DNA of 64,000 nucleotides from Candidatus Kryptoniota bacterium (GCA_046706365.1 JBJKPN010000080.1:23644-87643); one strand, 5' to 3'; numbered from the stretch's first letter, positions 18,092-27,235 are shown. The notes: a model not told the origin generated them from the sequence alone. Program-made: numbers and translations.

Positions 18092-20257
18092 CTATTTCAG
18101 GGAGCTGTACGCAATGTCCCTGTTTTGTTCTACGGTAAGTCTGTCTGTTAGCTTCTGAAGGTCGGCAGTAAGTCTGTTGAGATTGTCGGCCGCGGTCGCG
18201 ATCTGGGATATCCCTTTGGCTGAGTCTGAGGATACCTTGGAGATGGTCTCGACGTTTCTGGAAATTTGTTCGCTTGCCGACGACTGTTCCTCGCTAGCAG
18301 CGGCGATCTGGTTGATCATATCGACGATACTTCGAGCGTTTCTGACGACGTTCTTCAATGAATCGTCCGCCTGGTCCGCCAGCATGATCCCTTCGTTGAC
18401 CTGGTCGTTTCCGCGCCGCATTGTCTCGACAGCCTCTTTAGTTCCTGCCTGAATATTCTTAATCATGGACGAAATCTGTTTGGTTGCCTGGGAGGTCCGC
18501 TCCGCAAGTTTCCTGACTTCGTCAGCAACAACTGCAAATCCACGTCCTTCCTCTCCTGCCCTGGCGGCTTCTATTGCGGCGTTAAGGGCCAGCAGGTTGG
18601 TCTGGTCGGCGATATCGTCGATTACTGAAACGATCTCTCCGATCTGCCCGCTGAGGTTGCCGAGTTGATTGACTGTTTCGGTGGACTTTCTGACGACTTC
18701 TGCGATCTCTTTTATTTTGAAGACCGCTTTCTGGACGACCTCGCCTCCGGTCTGAGCGACCATTCCGTTCTCGGTCACAGCTTCAACGGCCGTCGAGGCG
18801 TTTCTTGCATTGTCGATCACCGTCCTGGTCATCTCTTCCACAGCCGCAGCGACTTCTCCGGCCTGCGTCGATTGCTCGTGCGCACCGGCCGCGAGTTCTT
18901 CCGTCGAATTACTTATCTCCGAAGAGGCCGACGCAGTCGAGCGCACGGACTTGATAACCTGTTCGATGATCGATCTGAAATTAGAGACCGCCCTGTTAAA
19001 TCCGTCGAAGAGCCTTCCTATTTCATCATCGTCCTCTATTTTCATTGCAACGGTCAGGTCGCCTTCGGCCAGTTTGCTCATCTCCTTCAGCAGGTTGTTG
19101 ATACTCTTGGAAAGATACAGGCGCTGGCTTTCGAGCTTGTCGGCAAATGTCTTCATCTCGGTGATGTCAGTCAGCGCCTCGACGCCTCTTATTGCATTTC
19201 CTTGAAGGTCGAGGACGGACGCAGCCTGATAGAGGACGGGTGTGCTTCTGCCTTTTTGTGCGGCCGTGGACTCGCCGGTGATCATCTTCTTTTCGCCCCA
19301 CGCTCTGGACACCGGGCAGCTGGCGGTCCTGCAGAACGGAAGTGTGAAAAGGTCGTAACACTTTTTCCGCCCGACCACGTCGTCATATGTTTCGCCTGAA
19401 AACATGAGTGCTGCCGAGTTGGCGAACTGAACGGTGAATTGTTTATCCACTGCATAAACTGGATTTCCGACCTCATTCAGATAAGCTACTAGCTTTGCAA
19501 TGTCCATCGACATCGTATCGAATGACTCGGCAAGGACTCCGAACTCATCTTTTGTCTTAAGGTTTACCTGTGAGCCGAATTTGCCGGCAGAAATCTTCCT
19601 GGTGACATCGGTAAAAAGCCTGAGCGGGCTTATCAGGGATCGGTAAAAGAGGAAGCCGATGCCGAATATCACAAGAACGAACAGGGCAGTGATAAGCCAA
19701 GTCGTTTGTACCAGTCCCGCCGCCGAGTTCATCTCGTATGCGGCGGCACGGGAAATCCCCCTGTCTCCCGATTCCGTCAACGAAGAAATCTTAGCCCGAA
19801 GGATCGAGTACTGCTGGCTCAGGTCTCCTGCAAGGGAAATCCGGGTTCTGCCGTTTCGAATCAGTGCTGTGGATTGGAGCTGAGTCTCTCGTTGCTGAAT
19901 GCCGCTCCAAATTTGTGATATTTCCCGAAGCGTTCCGTCTTTGGATCCGACCCCCTCGTTCATGACTGACTCGAGCTTCTGTGTGAATTCACCCGCAGCC
20001 TTCTCGTAGGCCGGCTGAGCAGAAGCACCTTTGAGAATCGCATCTTCCCCTGATGACTCGGCCTTCAGGGAACAGTCGTAAAGTTCACTGCAGGCACGAA
20101 GTCGCGCCACGTCCGAAAACAGGCTGTTGCTTTCTCTCTTTGAGGATTTTTCAAACGAGCCCGTCGTTAAGATGGAGCATAGCACCAGGACGCCGGCAGC
20201 GATGCCGAAGGAGATAATGGTGCGCGTCGATATTCGGATATTATTCATCCAGTGCAT
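18092..20257 (-). CDS. Methyl-accepting chemotaxis protein (2 TM, about 160-aa periplasmic domain, HAMP, Cys-containing PAS, MA domain)
   Basis: TM1 [17 protein letters not shown] and TM2 [22 protein letters not shown] with C300/C309/C314. Conserved signalling hairpin identical in core to the other two MCPs. Confidence 0.93.
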   Translation of the reverse strand: MHWMNNIRISTRTIISFGIAAGVLVLCSILTTGSFEKSSKRESNSLFSDVARLRACSELYDCSLKAESSGEDAILKGASAQPAYEKAAGEFTQKLESVMNEGVGSKDGTLREISQIWSGIQQRETQLQSTALIRNGRTRISLAGDLSQQYSILRAKISSLTESGDRGISRAAAYEMNSAAGLVQTTWLITALFVLVIFGIGFLFYRSLISPLRLFTDVTRKISAGKFGSQVNLKTKDEFGVLAESFDTMSMDIAKLVAYLNEVGNPVYAVDKQFTVQFANSAALMFSGETYDDVVGRKKCYDLFTLPFCRTASCPVSRAWGEKKMITGESTAAQKGRSTPVLYQAASVLDLQGNAIRGVEALTDITEMKTFADKLESQRLYLSKSINNLLKEMSKLAEGDLTVAMKIEDDDEIGRLFDGFNRAVSNFRSIIEQVIKSVRSTASASSEISNSTEELAAGAHEQSTQAGEVAAAVEEMTRTVIDNARNASTAVEAVTENGMVAQTGGEVVQKAVFKIKEIAEVVRKSTETVNQLGNLSGQIGEIVSVIDDIADQTNLLALNAAIEAARAGEEGRGFAVVADEVRKLAERTSQATKQISSMIKNIQAGTKEAVETMRRGNDQVNEGIMLADQADDSLKNVVRNARSIVDMINQIAAASEEQSSASEQISRNVETISKVSSDSAKGISQIATAADNLNRLTADLQKLTDRLTVEQNRDIAYSSLK

Positions 20258-20319
20258 AGGTTTGCCCGCCTCTTTTCCGGAATCTTCTGAAGTTGGTATG
20301 GACAGCGGTTGAGCCGGCG

Positions 20320-20814
20320 CTACTTTGAATCCGTGCCCGCTTCGACTTCAGAAAGATGTTCCTGTTCGTCGCCGGACAACACCTTGTCCAGGTCAAGCAG
20401 TATCAGCAGCCTGTCCTGAAGCTTGGCGACGCCTGTAATGTAGTTCGAACTGATACTGGTTGTCAGTTCGGGAGGAGGTTCGATGATGTCCTTCTCAACC
20501 CGAATTACTTCCTTGACTTTGTCGACGAGGAAACCGACGACCTTTTCGGTCAACTCGACGACGATGATTCTTGTTTCGTTGTCCCTTTCTCGTTTCTCGA
20601 CTCCGAATCGCCTCCTGAGGTCTATGACCGGAACGATTTTTCCACGGAGGTTTATTACGCCTTCCACGAAATCCGGTGATTTCGGAACCCGGGTGATATC
20701 GACGGTGCGGATGATTTCCTGGACTTTCAGGATATCCACTCCAAACTCCTCGTTCTCGACGACGAAGCTCACCAGCTGGTAAATGGTTTCACTAGATTGG
20801 TTATTAGCAGTCAC
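20320..20814 (-). CDS. cheW: Chemotaxis coupling protein CheW
   Basis: Single CheW-like domain ([41 protein letters not shown]). Confidence 0.93.
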   Translation of the reverse strand: MTANNQSSETIYQLVSFVVENEEFGVDILKVQEIIRTVDITRVPKSPDFVEGVINLRGKIVPVIDLRRRFGVEKRERDNETRIIVVELTEKVVGFLVDKVKEVIRVEKDIIEPPPELTTSISSNYITGVAKLQDRLLILLDLDKVLSGDEQEHLSEVEAGTDSK

Positions 20815-20817
20815 GTT

Positions 20818-22722
20818 TTAACTCCTTCTTGTCCCGTTAGGATGATTATCATGCATGGGCACGATCTTGCCGTTTTCCCGTACGGCATATGAACTCCTCC
20901 GATCGAGCCTCGAATCGAGCCGGAATCTTTCGATCAGGACTCTCAAGTGCTCGGTGAGAGTGTTCAGATTCTCAGCCGTTCGTGCGAGATCGACGGTCGC
21001 AGCAGAAACATGGCCTGCGACATTAGAGATGCTTTCCACGTTGTGTGAAATCTGTTCGCTTGCAGAAGACTGCTCCTCGCTTGCAGCCGCGATTTGGTTT
21101 ATCATGCCCACCACGCCATTGACCGACGAGATGATCTGGGAGAGGGAATTGGCTGCTTTGTCGGCAAGTTTCGTCCCGTTCTCCGCTTCCGTATTTCCTT
21201 CGGTCATCGCGAGGACAACCTGCGTGGTCTCCTGCTGTATTCTTTTGATCATGCCGGCAATTTCTTTTGTCGCTGAGGTGGTCCGTTCTGCCAGCTTGCG
21301 AACCTCGTCCGCCACGACAGCGAACCCTCGCCCCTGCTCGCCGGCGCGCGCAGCTTCGATGGCCGCGTTGAGTGCGAGCAGGTTGGTCTGATCTGCGATG
21401 TCATCTATCACCTGGATGATTTCGCCGATTTGTGCGCTGGATTTGCCCAAAGTGTCGACGATCTCGGCGGATTTCTTGACCAGCTGGGCTATTCTTGCCA
21501 TTCCGCTGATCGTTTCCTTGAATACCTTTTCACCGGTGTTCGCGAGGTCCGATGCCTTCTTTGCCATTTCGGCCGCCTCGTTTGCGTTCTTTGACGATTC
21601 GATCACCGTCTTCGACATTTCTTCAACGGCGGTGGCGACTTCATGAGTCTGGCTGGCCTGTTCGCCGGCACCGGTGGACATTTCCTCGGCGGCAGAGGAA
21701 ATTTGTCCTGATGCCTGAGCCAAAGAATTGCCTGCGGTGTGAACTTCCCCTATGAGGGAGTTCAGGTCGTGGATCATCTGATTTATTTTCAGCATCAATA
21801 CGCCGACTTCGTCGCTGCTCTCGACTTCGAGCTCCCTGGTCAGATCCCCTTTTGTGACTGCTTCGATCACGGAGGAAATCATCCCGAATTGCTTCTTGAG
21901 GTACGCCTGCTGCTCTTCGGAGTCCTTCTGCATCTTTTCCGCCAGACTTCGCGCTTCTTCTGCCTGCCCGGTCTTACGGCTTATTTCATCCATAGATTTC
22001 TTGCTGTTTTCTATCATGATATTGAAAGCTGCGGCAAGCTCGCCGATCTCGTCTCCCTGATTGAGATCGACTCTTACATCGAAATCGCCCGATGCCACTT
22101 TCTGCGCGGATTGTTTGAGAACATTCACGGGGTTTGTAATTGCCTTGCTAAGGAGCAGGAGCGCGACCCAGCCGAACAGCGCGAAGATGATGAACGTGAC
22201 AATCGAAACGATCATGCCGCTGTCTTTCTCGGCTTCGAGCGATTGAGACGACGTAGCGACGGCAACGTAACCGAGAGTCTGGTGTGTGGAGGTGTTTACG
22301 ATTTTTTCCGCCGCAATGATCACGGGGACTCCACTCGTCGTTTTCGAGTACTGTGTCGACTCTGTTAGGGAAGAAAAGACTGGCGGCGTCCAGACGATGG
22401 AATTGAAATTTACCTGGGCCAGGAGTTTCCCGTTCTGGTCGTAGAATGCGCCGGCAATGGCGTCGCCGGCAGAAATGACGTTCTTCAACGATTCGGATAG
22501 CCCGCCTGAATCTCCCATCATCAGACCGTATTGCGACTGTGCGCCCATGGTCTCCGCGAGGAGAGTAGCTCTCTGGTTGAACTGCTGCTCGGTCACATTC
22601 AGCGAATACCTCGAGTAGGCGAATAGAAGAACCCATGCAAAAAGCATAATCCCGGCCAGTAGGACCGAGAATTTCTTACGCAGCTTTGCGTTGATAAGGA
22701 ATTGATTCGTGTTCATTTGCAT
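20818..22722 (-). CDS. Methyl-accepting chemotaxis protein (2 TM, Cache/PAS-like periplasmic domain, HAMP, MA domain)
   Basis: TM1 [17 protein letters not shown]; periplasmic block with [14 protein letters not shown]; TM2 [21 protein letters not shown]; HAMP; signalling hairpin [38 protein letters not shown]. Confidence 0.93.
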   Translation of the reverse strand: MQMNTNQFLINAKLRKKFSVLLAGIMLFAWVLLFAYSRYSLNVTEQQFNQRATLLAETMGAQSQYGLMMGDSGGLSESLKNVISAGDAIAGAFYDQNGKLLAQVNFNSIVWTPPVFSSLTESTQYSKTTSGVPVIIAAEKIVNTSTHQTLGYVAVATSSQSLEAEKDSGMIVSIVTFIIFALFGWVALLLLSKAITNPVNVLKQSAQKVASGDFDVRVDLNQGDEIGELAAAFNIMIENSKKSMDEISRKTGQAEEARSLAEKMQKDSEEQQAYLKKQFGMISSVIEAVTKGDLTRELEVESSDEVGVLMLKINQMIHDLNSLIGEVHTAGNSLAQASGQISSAAEEMSTGAGEQASQTHEVATAVEEMSKTVIESSKNANEAAEMAKKASDLANTGEKVFKETISGMARIAQLVKKSAEIVDTLGKSSAQIGEIIQVIDDIADQTNLLALNAAIEAARAGEQGRGFAVVADEVRKLAERTTSATKEIAGMIKRIQQETTQVVLAMTEGNTEAENGTKLADKAANSLSQIISSVNGVVGMINQIAAASEEQSSASEQISHNVESISNVAGHVSAATVDLARTAENLNTLTEHLRVLIERFRLDSRLDRRSSYAVRENGKIVPMHDNHPNGTRRS

Positions 22723-22725
22723 CTC

Positions 22726-23295
22726 TTAATTCGTTGCGAGGAATTGAGTCGCCTGAGTGTATTGTTGTGGTACTGTCAATCCCAGCGCGTTGAGGGTTTT
22801 CTGGTTGACGAAGAGCTTCGCGGTGCCGCCCTCCGACATTAGCGCCGCGCACGCGCCGGCAGAGACCCAATCGGTGCCCGGTGCGAAGAGGGCAACACCG
22901 CTGAGTGTCGTATTCTTTATCAGATAACCTTTGACTATAGAAGATCCGTAGAGATCGTTTCCCTGAATTACCCAGAGAACCTGGATATGGTAGTTCTGTA
23001 CAAGATCCCTGAACTTGGAAGATACGTCCTGAATCTGTTCAACATCTTCGATAACGACTTTGAGGCCGACCGCCAGCGAAGCGCGGTTGATTTCCGGTAA
23101 AAGTGTCGAGGCATCGACCGTCGATTTGTTCCACATAATGCCGACGGTGGTTGCTTTTGGAACGAGTTGTTTCATCATATAAAGAGACTGTAGGGGTGTC
23201 GCGTTTGTCCCGGCGGCCTGCGGTGTACCCAGCATCACTGTGAGTAGAACGATTGTCGCAACAATCGGAAGGTAGACTTTTCTAAACAAGTGCAT
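22726..23295 (-). CDS. Small secreted periplasmic-binding-fold protein (YfiR/DUF4154-like or half-size COG2984-like)
   Basis: Signal peptide (LPIVATIVLLTVMLGTPQAAG). The 189-aa size and the C-terminal block GVALFAPGTDWVSAGACAALMSEGGTAKLFVNQKTLNALGLTV resemble the YfiR pattern ...G.m..l....k..F.vN...a...Gl.v. The family call is by eye only. Confidence 0.35.
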   Translation of the reverse strand: MHLFRKVYLPIVATIVLLTVMLGTPQAAGTNATPLQSLYMMKQLVPKATTVGIMWNKSTVDASTLLPEINRASLAVGLKVVIEDVEQIQDVSSKFRDLVQNYHIQVLWVIQGNDLYGSSIVKGYLIKNTTLSGVALFAPGTDWVSAGACAALMSEGGTAKLFVNQKTLNALGLTVPQQYTQATQFLATN

Positions 23296-23668
23296 TTTGC
23301 ATCGCCTTTTGTTTTGGTCTGGCGTCTCTGACTACTTCTTCGAGTGCGCCAAATGTGAAAGGAGATTCCAGCCTGACAAAGTCTTCCGTGTCGAGGAGCA
23401 TTCGAATGGCAGAATACTGGATCTGTGACAAGGCTACAATGTGAATGGGCATCTTTCTGCTTTTCAAGACTCCCGCCATGAGGAGAAATGTGGCCGGGTC
23501 GTTTGAAGAGATAACCAACGAGTCGATTTTAACCACCGAGGCAATTTCCGCCGCCTCGAGAGGATCGGCTGAAGTAAATACCGCCAGGTCGCGTTTTGAC
23601 AGGTAACTTGCCCAGGCCGTTAAGAGTTCTGTGTCGGGTTCATATATAAGTATTGTTTTCATAGGCAT
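23282..23668 (-). CDS. Degenerate (pseudo-)receiver domain protein
   Basis: REC-like alternation of strands and helices. The phospho-acceptor position is Ser (IDSLVISSNDP versus DxxxxDxxMP), the conserved Lys is Ser (ESPF versus KPF), and the acidic pair is altered (IYEPD). Confidence 0.6.
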   Translation of the reverse strand: MPMKTILIYEPDTELLTAWASYLSKRDLAVFTSADPLEAAEIASVVKIDSLVISSNDPATFLLMAGVLKSRKMPIHIVALSQIQYSAIRMLLDTEDFVRLESPFTFGALEEVVRDARPKQKAMQNALV

Positions 23669-23682
23669 TCGCTTCTATTAAT

Positions 23683-23698
23683 GACAATTGGTGTGCCA
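23683..23698 (-). promoter_or_regulatory. Candidate sigma-54 promoter (TGGCAC-N5-TTGT) facing the che operon
   Basis: Minus strand reads TGGCACaccaaTTGTC. The -24 element is perfect and -12 has GT instead of GC. The predicted start lies only about 4-10 nt before the two possible ATGs, which is poor geometry. Confidence 0.2.
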
Positions 23699-23740
23699 CA
23701 TCACTTCTTCGGATTTTGCGGCGTTTTCTGCAGTTAACAG

Positions 23741-23767
23741 TAACCCGGGCCCCATGCTTGCCGAATA
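23741..23767 (+). promoter_or_regulatory. Weak sigma-28-like motif TAAC-N15-GCCGAATA
   Basis: Compared with the consensus TAAA-N15-GCCGATAA. The next plus-strand gene is about 280 nt downstream. Confidence 0.15.
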
Positions 23768-24005
23768 TTAGCCAGAAGACTGAACAATAGTCACCCGCAG
23801 GCGATTGTCATGACCCACTCACATGTCCGAGGCGGTGTCATCCCACATCCGATCGTTGTCCGGATCAGCCCGATATGGAACCAGCAGAAGTCCGCGATAA
23901 TCATTGAGTTGGTCGACCCCTGGTGAATAGTGGACAGCGATGGAGAATATTAATCAAGCGTATTTGCAGGAGCCTCCAATCCAACGCGGATTTTTGTTTT
24001 CGGGT

Positions 24006-24020
24006 TGGCACAAACGTTGA
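24006..24020 (+). promoter_or_regulatory. Candidate sigma-54 promoter (TGGCAC-N5-TTGA) for the flgB operon
   Basis: TGGCACaaacgTTGA has a perfect -24 element, with -12 GA instead of GC. The predicted start near 24032 leaves an 18-nt leader carrying AAGGAG before the ATG at 24050. Confidence 0.35.
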
Positions 24021-24049
24021 ACAAGATGCAGGAAGAAAGGAGCGTTGGA

Positions 24050-24187
24050 ATGAAAAATGTTTGGATTCTTCTAGCCGTGGTCGCTGCCGTATCCGCGTTA
24101 GCGGTTATTATGGCAGATGAAGCCGAAGTCGGTAGTCATGTCGACGGTCTCGATGATGATCTGACAACAAGCTACCTGGGAATATGA
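24050..24187 (+). CDS. 45-aa single-TM protein with acidic tail, translationally coupled to flgB
   Basis: AAGGAG lies 8 nt upstream of the ATG. Product is MKNVWILLAVVAAVSALAVIMADEAEVGSHVDGLDDDLTTSYLGI. The stop overlaps the flgB start (ATGA). Confidence 0.5.
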   Translation: MKNVWILLAVVAAVSALAVIMADEAEVGSHVDGLDDDLTTSYLGI

Positions 24188-24573
24188 CCATGAAGATAAA
24201 TCTCTTCGATCGCAGCAGGGTGCCTCTACTCCAGAAAGAAATGGATGCCTTCGCAATTCAGAATAAGGCGATTGCGAACAACATCGCAAACATTGGAACA
24301 CCGGGGTACAGGCGCGTGTACGTGAGCTTTCAGAACCAGCTCTCGAACGCAATTGCCGATTCGAATAACGACATATCCCTCAGCCAAAATGTCGAGCAAG
24401 TCCAGCCGGAGCTGAAGGTTGACCCGAGCAGTTTCCTCGCCAGCGGCGCCAATAATGTCAGCATAGAACAGGAGATGGCGAACCTTGCAAAAAATCAGCT
24501 CCAGTTCAAGCTGGCTGCAAGGCTTATGTCGGATACGCTGAGTCTCATAGACAAGAGCATTAACGGGCAATGA
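24184..24573 (+). CDS. flgB: Flagellar basal-body rod protein FlgB
   Basis: Rod N-terminal signature NNIANIGTPGYRR; size and position immediately before flgC. Confidence 0.92.
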   Translation: MTMKINLFDRSRVPLLQKEMDAFAIQNKAIANNIANIGTPGYRRVYVSFQNQLSNAIADSNNDISLSQNVEQVQPELKVDPSSFLASGANNVSIEQEMANLAKNQLQFKLAARLMSDTLSLIDKSINGQ

Positions 24574-25070
24574 CAATGAAAATCGGAGATATGTTTTCAG
24601 CAATAGATATAAGCGCATCCGGGCTGGCATTGCAGCGGAAGCGCATGGATGCGATAGCGAGCAACCTCGCCAACGCCGACACAGTCGGGGCGAACGGCAA
24701 GCCCTATGAAAGACAGGTCGTGCAGTCTCTTCCCGGCAAAGCCATTTCCTTCGGCGATCAGCTCAGCGGCCAGATGATCCCGCTGAAGACTACCGAACCG
24801 GGTCAGATGCAGGTCGCAGATCCGACATTTGCAATCCCCGACTACACGGTCAGGGAAGTTGCCGGAAGGGTTGTACAGGATCCGACCGCTACGAAGATGG
24901 TTTACGATCCATCGAATCCTAACGCCGATGCAAACGGTTATGTAGACGAACCCAAGATAAATGTCGTGACTGAAATGGTTGACATGATTACCACGAGCAG
25001 GTCCTACGAGGCGAATGTCACTGCTATAAATGCCTCCAAGAACATTATCAAAGACTCAATCGACATTTGA
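24570..25070 (+). CDS. flgC: Flagellar basal-body rod protein FlgC
   Basis: SGLALQRKRMDAIASNLANADT at the N-terminus and TSRSYEANVTAINASKNI at the C-terminus. Confidence 0.93.
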   Translation: MTMKIGDMFSAIDISASGLALQRKRMDAIASNLANADTVGANGKPYERQVVQSLPGKAISFGDQLSGQMIPLKTTEPGQMQVADPTFAIPDYTVREVAGRVVQDPTATKMVYDPSNPNADANGYVDEPKINVVTEMVDMITTSRSYEANVTAINASKNIIKDSIDI

Positions 25071-25075
25071 GGTGA

Positions 25076-25354
25076 ATGATGAAGGTTGGTTCGATCTCAG
25101 GAAACATTTCGTATGCCTCTCAGGTTTCGAGAAAACAATCCGCGGCCGGAGGAAATCAGACTGCTGCACCGCAAAAGGCTTCCGGTCAGACGGCAGGCGT
25201 TTCGTCTCATACCGGGCTGACGAGTGCCGAGAGGGCGTTTTTCGCCAGACTCTTCCCGGATTCCGTCTCGCAGATCAATTCACACAAGACATATTCCCCG
25301 AGCGGCATTCAGAATTCAGTCGAGCCGGGGCAGATAATAAACCGAAAGGTGTAA
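25076..25354 (+). CDS. Hypothetical 92-aa protein between flgC and fliE
   Basis: GAGGTG RBS, with 5-nt and 1-nt gaps to its neighbours. The N-terminal half is S/G/A/Q-rich, followed by LTSAERAFFARLFPDSVSQI. No family recognised. Confidence 0.55.
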   Translation: MMKVGSISGNISYASQVSRKQSAAGGNQTAAPQKASGQTAGVSSHTGLTSAERAFFARLFPDSVSQINSHKTYSPSGIQNSVEPGQIINRKV

Positions 25355-25355
25355 T

Positions 25356-25655
25356 ATGAAGGTTGGCGATGTTCAGTCGATGCTCAGCCAGATGTCACCG
25401 GACATCTCGCCGGGCAAGAGTGCAAAAGATGCCACAACGAGTTTTGAGCAGACTCTTGACGGATTTGTGAACAATGTGAACGACCTGCAGAACAAGGCAA
25501 ACGATGCGATCGACAAGATGGCATCCGGACAGGCTGCCGATGTGCATGAAGTAAAGATAGCCATGGAAAAGGCCAAGGTAAGCTTCGACCTACTGCAGCA
25601 GGTGAGAAACAAAATGCTCGATGCTTACAAACAGATAATGCAAATGCAGGTCTGA
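25356..25655 (+). CDS. fliE: Flagellar hook-basal body complex protein FliE
   Basis: FEQTLDGFVNNVNDLQNKA...VHEVKIAMEKAKVSFDLLQQVRNKMLDAYKQIMQMQV matches the FliE pattern. Confidence 0.93.
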   Translation: MKVGDVQSMLSQMSPDISPGKSAKDATTSFEQTLDGFVNNVNDLQNKANDAIDKMASGQAADVHEVKIAMEKAKVSFDLLQQVRNKMLDAYKQIMQMQV

Positions 25656-25666
25656 ATTAACGAGAC

Positions 25667-27235
25667 ATGGCAAATTCCATTTCAGGTATTTCTTCCCAGA
25701 TCAGTTCGGTATTCAAGAAGCTCACGCTGAAGCAGAAAGCAGGCATAGGAGTCTCCGTCCTGATTTCAATCGTCGCCCTTATTATGCTGGTGAGATGGGC
25801 GAACCAGCCGACTTACGGCGTACTATTCTCAAACCTTCAGGCAAAAGACGCCTCGAAGATAATGGACAAGCTGAAGCAGCAGTCCGTCCCCTTCGAGATC
25901 GGAGAAGGCGGCAAAGCGATACTTGTCCCGAAGGACCAGGTGTACCAGCTTCGGTTGCAGATGGCAGGCGCAGGCCTCCCGCAAACAAGCACCGTGGGTT
26001 ACGAGATCTTCGACAAGCCGACGTTCGGGATGACCGATTTTACCGAGAAGGTCGACTACAAGAGAGCGCTGGAAGGCGAGCTGGAGAGGACGATCCTGCA
26101 GCTCGAGGAAGTCCGGGGGGCGAGCGTTCATATTGTGATACCCGAAAAGGCGCTTTTCGAGAGCCAGCAGCAGAAGACCACGGCGTCGGTCTTCCTTAAA
26201 CTTAAGGACGGCGCTCATCTTAGCGGGGGCGAAATCAACGGCATCCAGCATCTTGTTGCCGCAAGCGTCGAAGGGCTCGATGCAAACAATGTTACGATAG
26301 TGGATGCACGCGGAAACATGTTGTCGAGAAAGAGCGACGGACTTGACGCGCTTACCTCGGCGCAATACGATGTCGAGGATAAGGTCGATTCGTACCTCGC
26401 CTCCAAAGCTCAGTCGATGCTCGATGCGGTGCTGGGTCCGGGCAATGCAATTGTCCGCGTGACCGCCAATCTCGATTTCAGCCAGGTCGACAAGACGACC
26501 GAGGCTTATGATCCAAACAGCGTGGTGCTGAGCGAACAGACGATGCAGAACCACGCCACTGTGCCGGGCGACACGGCCTCGACCGGATCATCCCAGACCA
26601 ACACGGTGACCAACTACGATGTCGGCAAGAGCGTAGAGAAGATTGTCGGCAGCACCGGCAACATCAAGAGACTCTCGGTCGCCGTTCTCGTGAACGGGAA
26701 ATACACGGCGATCGATAAGGGCAAGGAACAAACCGTGGAGTACACTCCAAGGAGCCAGCAGGAAGTTACACAGCTAACGAACATAGTAAAGAGCGCTATC
26801 GGCTTCGATGCCACACGCGGTGATGAAATTTCGCTGGTCAACGTCCCGTTCGAGAACAGCGACCAGGAGTTCCTGCTCAAACAGGCGCCGGGTTTTCACA
26901 TAATGGACTATGCAGACAAGTTCGTGATACTTGCGGCCATGATCGGTGCAATCGTAGTTTTCCTTTCGATATTCAAGAGACTGAAGAAGAAGGAATCTGA
27001 AGCTGCCCAACCCGTGGCGGTGCTGTCTAACAGCAGGCCAACCACGTTGAGTCCGCAGGGCAAGCACGTTGAGATGCACCCGGGCGAGCGCCTGGAGGGA
27101 ATACAGGCTATCGAGTACAACGAAGACGTATTAAGGGCGACCCGAATCAGGGACGATGTCAGCAACTACATTCAGACAAAGCCTACGGATGCCGCTAAGC
27201 TCCTGAAAGTCTGGCTGACGGAGGGCGCGGAGTAA
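25667..27235 (+). CDS. fliF: Flagellar MS-ring protein FliF
   Basis: N-terminal TM, YscJ/FliF ring-building blocks (YGVLFSNL, GLPQ, YKRALEGELERTI), C-terminal TM and FliG-binding tail. Confidence 0.95.
   Translation: MANSISGISSQISSVFKKLTLKQKAGIGVSVLISIVALIMLVRWANQPTYGVLFSNLQAKDASKIMDKLKQQSVPFEIGEGGKAILVPKDQVYQLRLQMAGAGLPQTSTVGYEIFDKPTFGMTDFTEKVDYKRALEGELERTILQLEEVRGASVHIVIPEKALFESQQQKTTASVFLKLKDGAHLSGGEINGIQHLVAASVEGLDANNVTIVDARGNMLSRKSDGLDALTSAQYDVEDKVDSYLASKAQSMLDAVLGPGNAIVRVTANLDFSQVDKTTEAYDPNSVVLSEQTMQNHATVPGDTASTGSSQTNTVTNYDVGKSVEKIVGSTGNIKRLSVAVLVNGKYTAIDKGKEQTVEYTPRSQQEVTQLTNIVKSAIGFDATRGDEISLVNVPFENSDQEFLLKQAPGFHIMDYADKFVILAAMIGAIVVFLSIFKRLKKKESEAAQPVAVLSNSRPTTLSPQGKHVEMHPGERLEGIQAIEYNEDVLRATRIRDDVSNYIQTKPTDAAKLLKVWLTEGAE

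Noticed and set aside
16600-21420. Three stretches of similar DNA (about 16780-16930, 18510-18660, 21290-21420), considered as dispersed repeats or mobile element ends
   Set aside because: They are the conserved signalling-hairpin coding regions of the three paralogous MCP genes.
23923-24120. 65-aa ORF (Arg/Cys-rich) in the che/flg intergenic region
   Set aside because: It has a non-ATG start and an odd composition. It also overlaps, out of frame, the better-supported RBS-preceded 45-aa ORF at 24050-24187.
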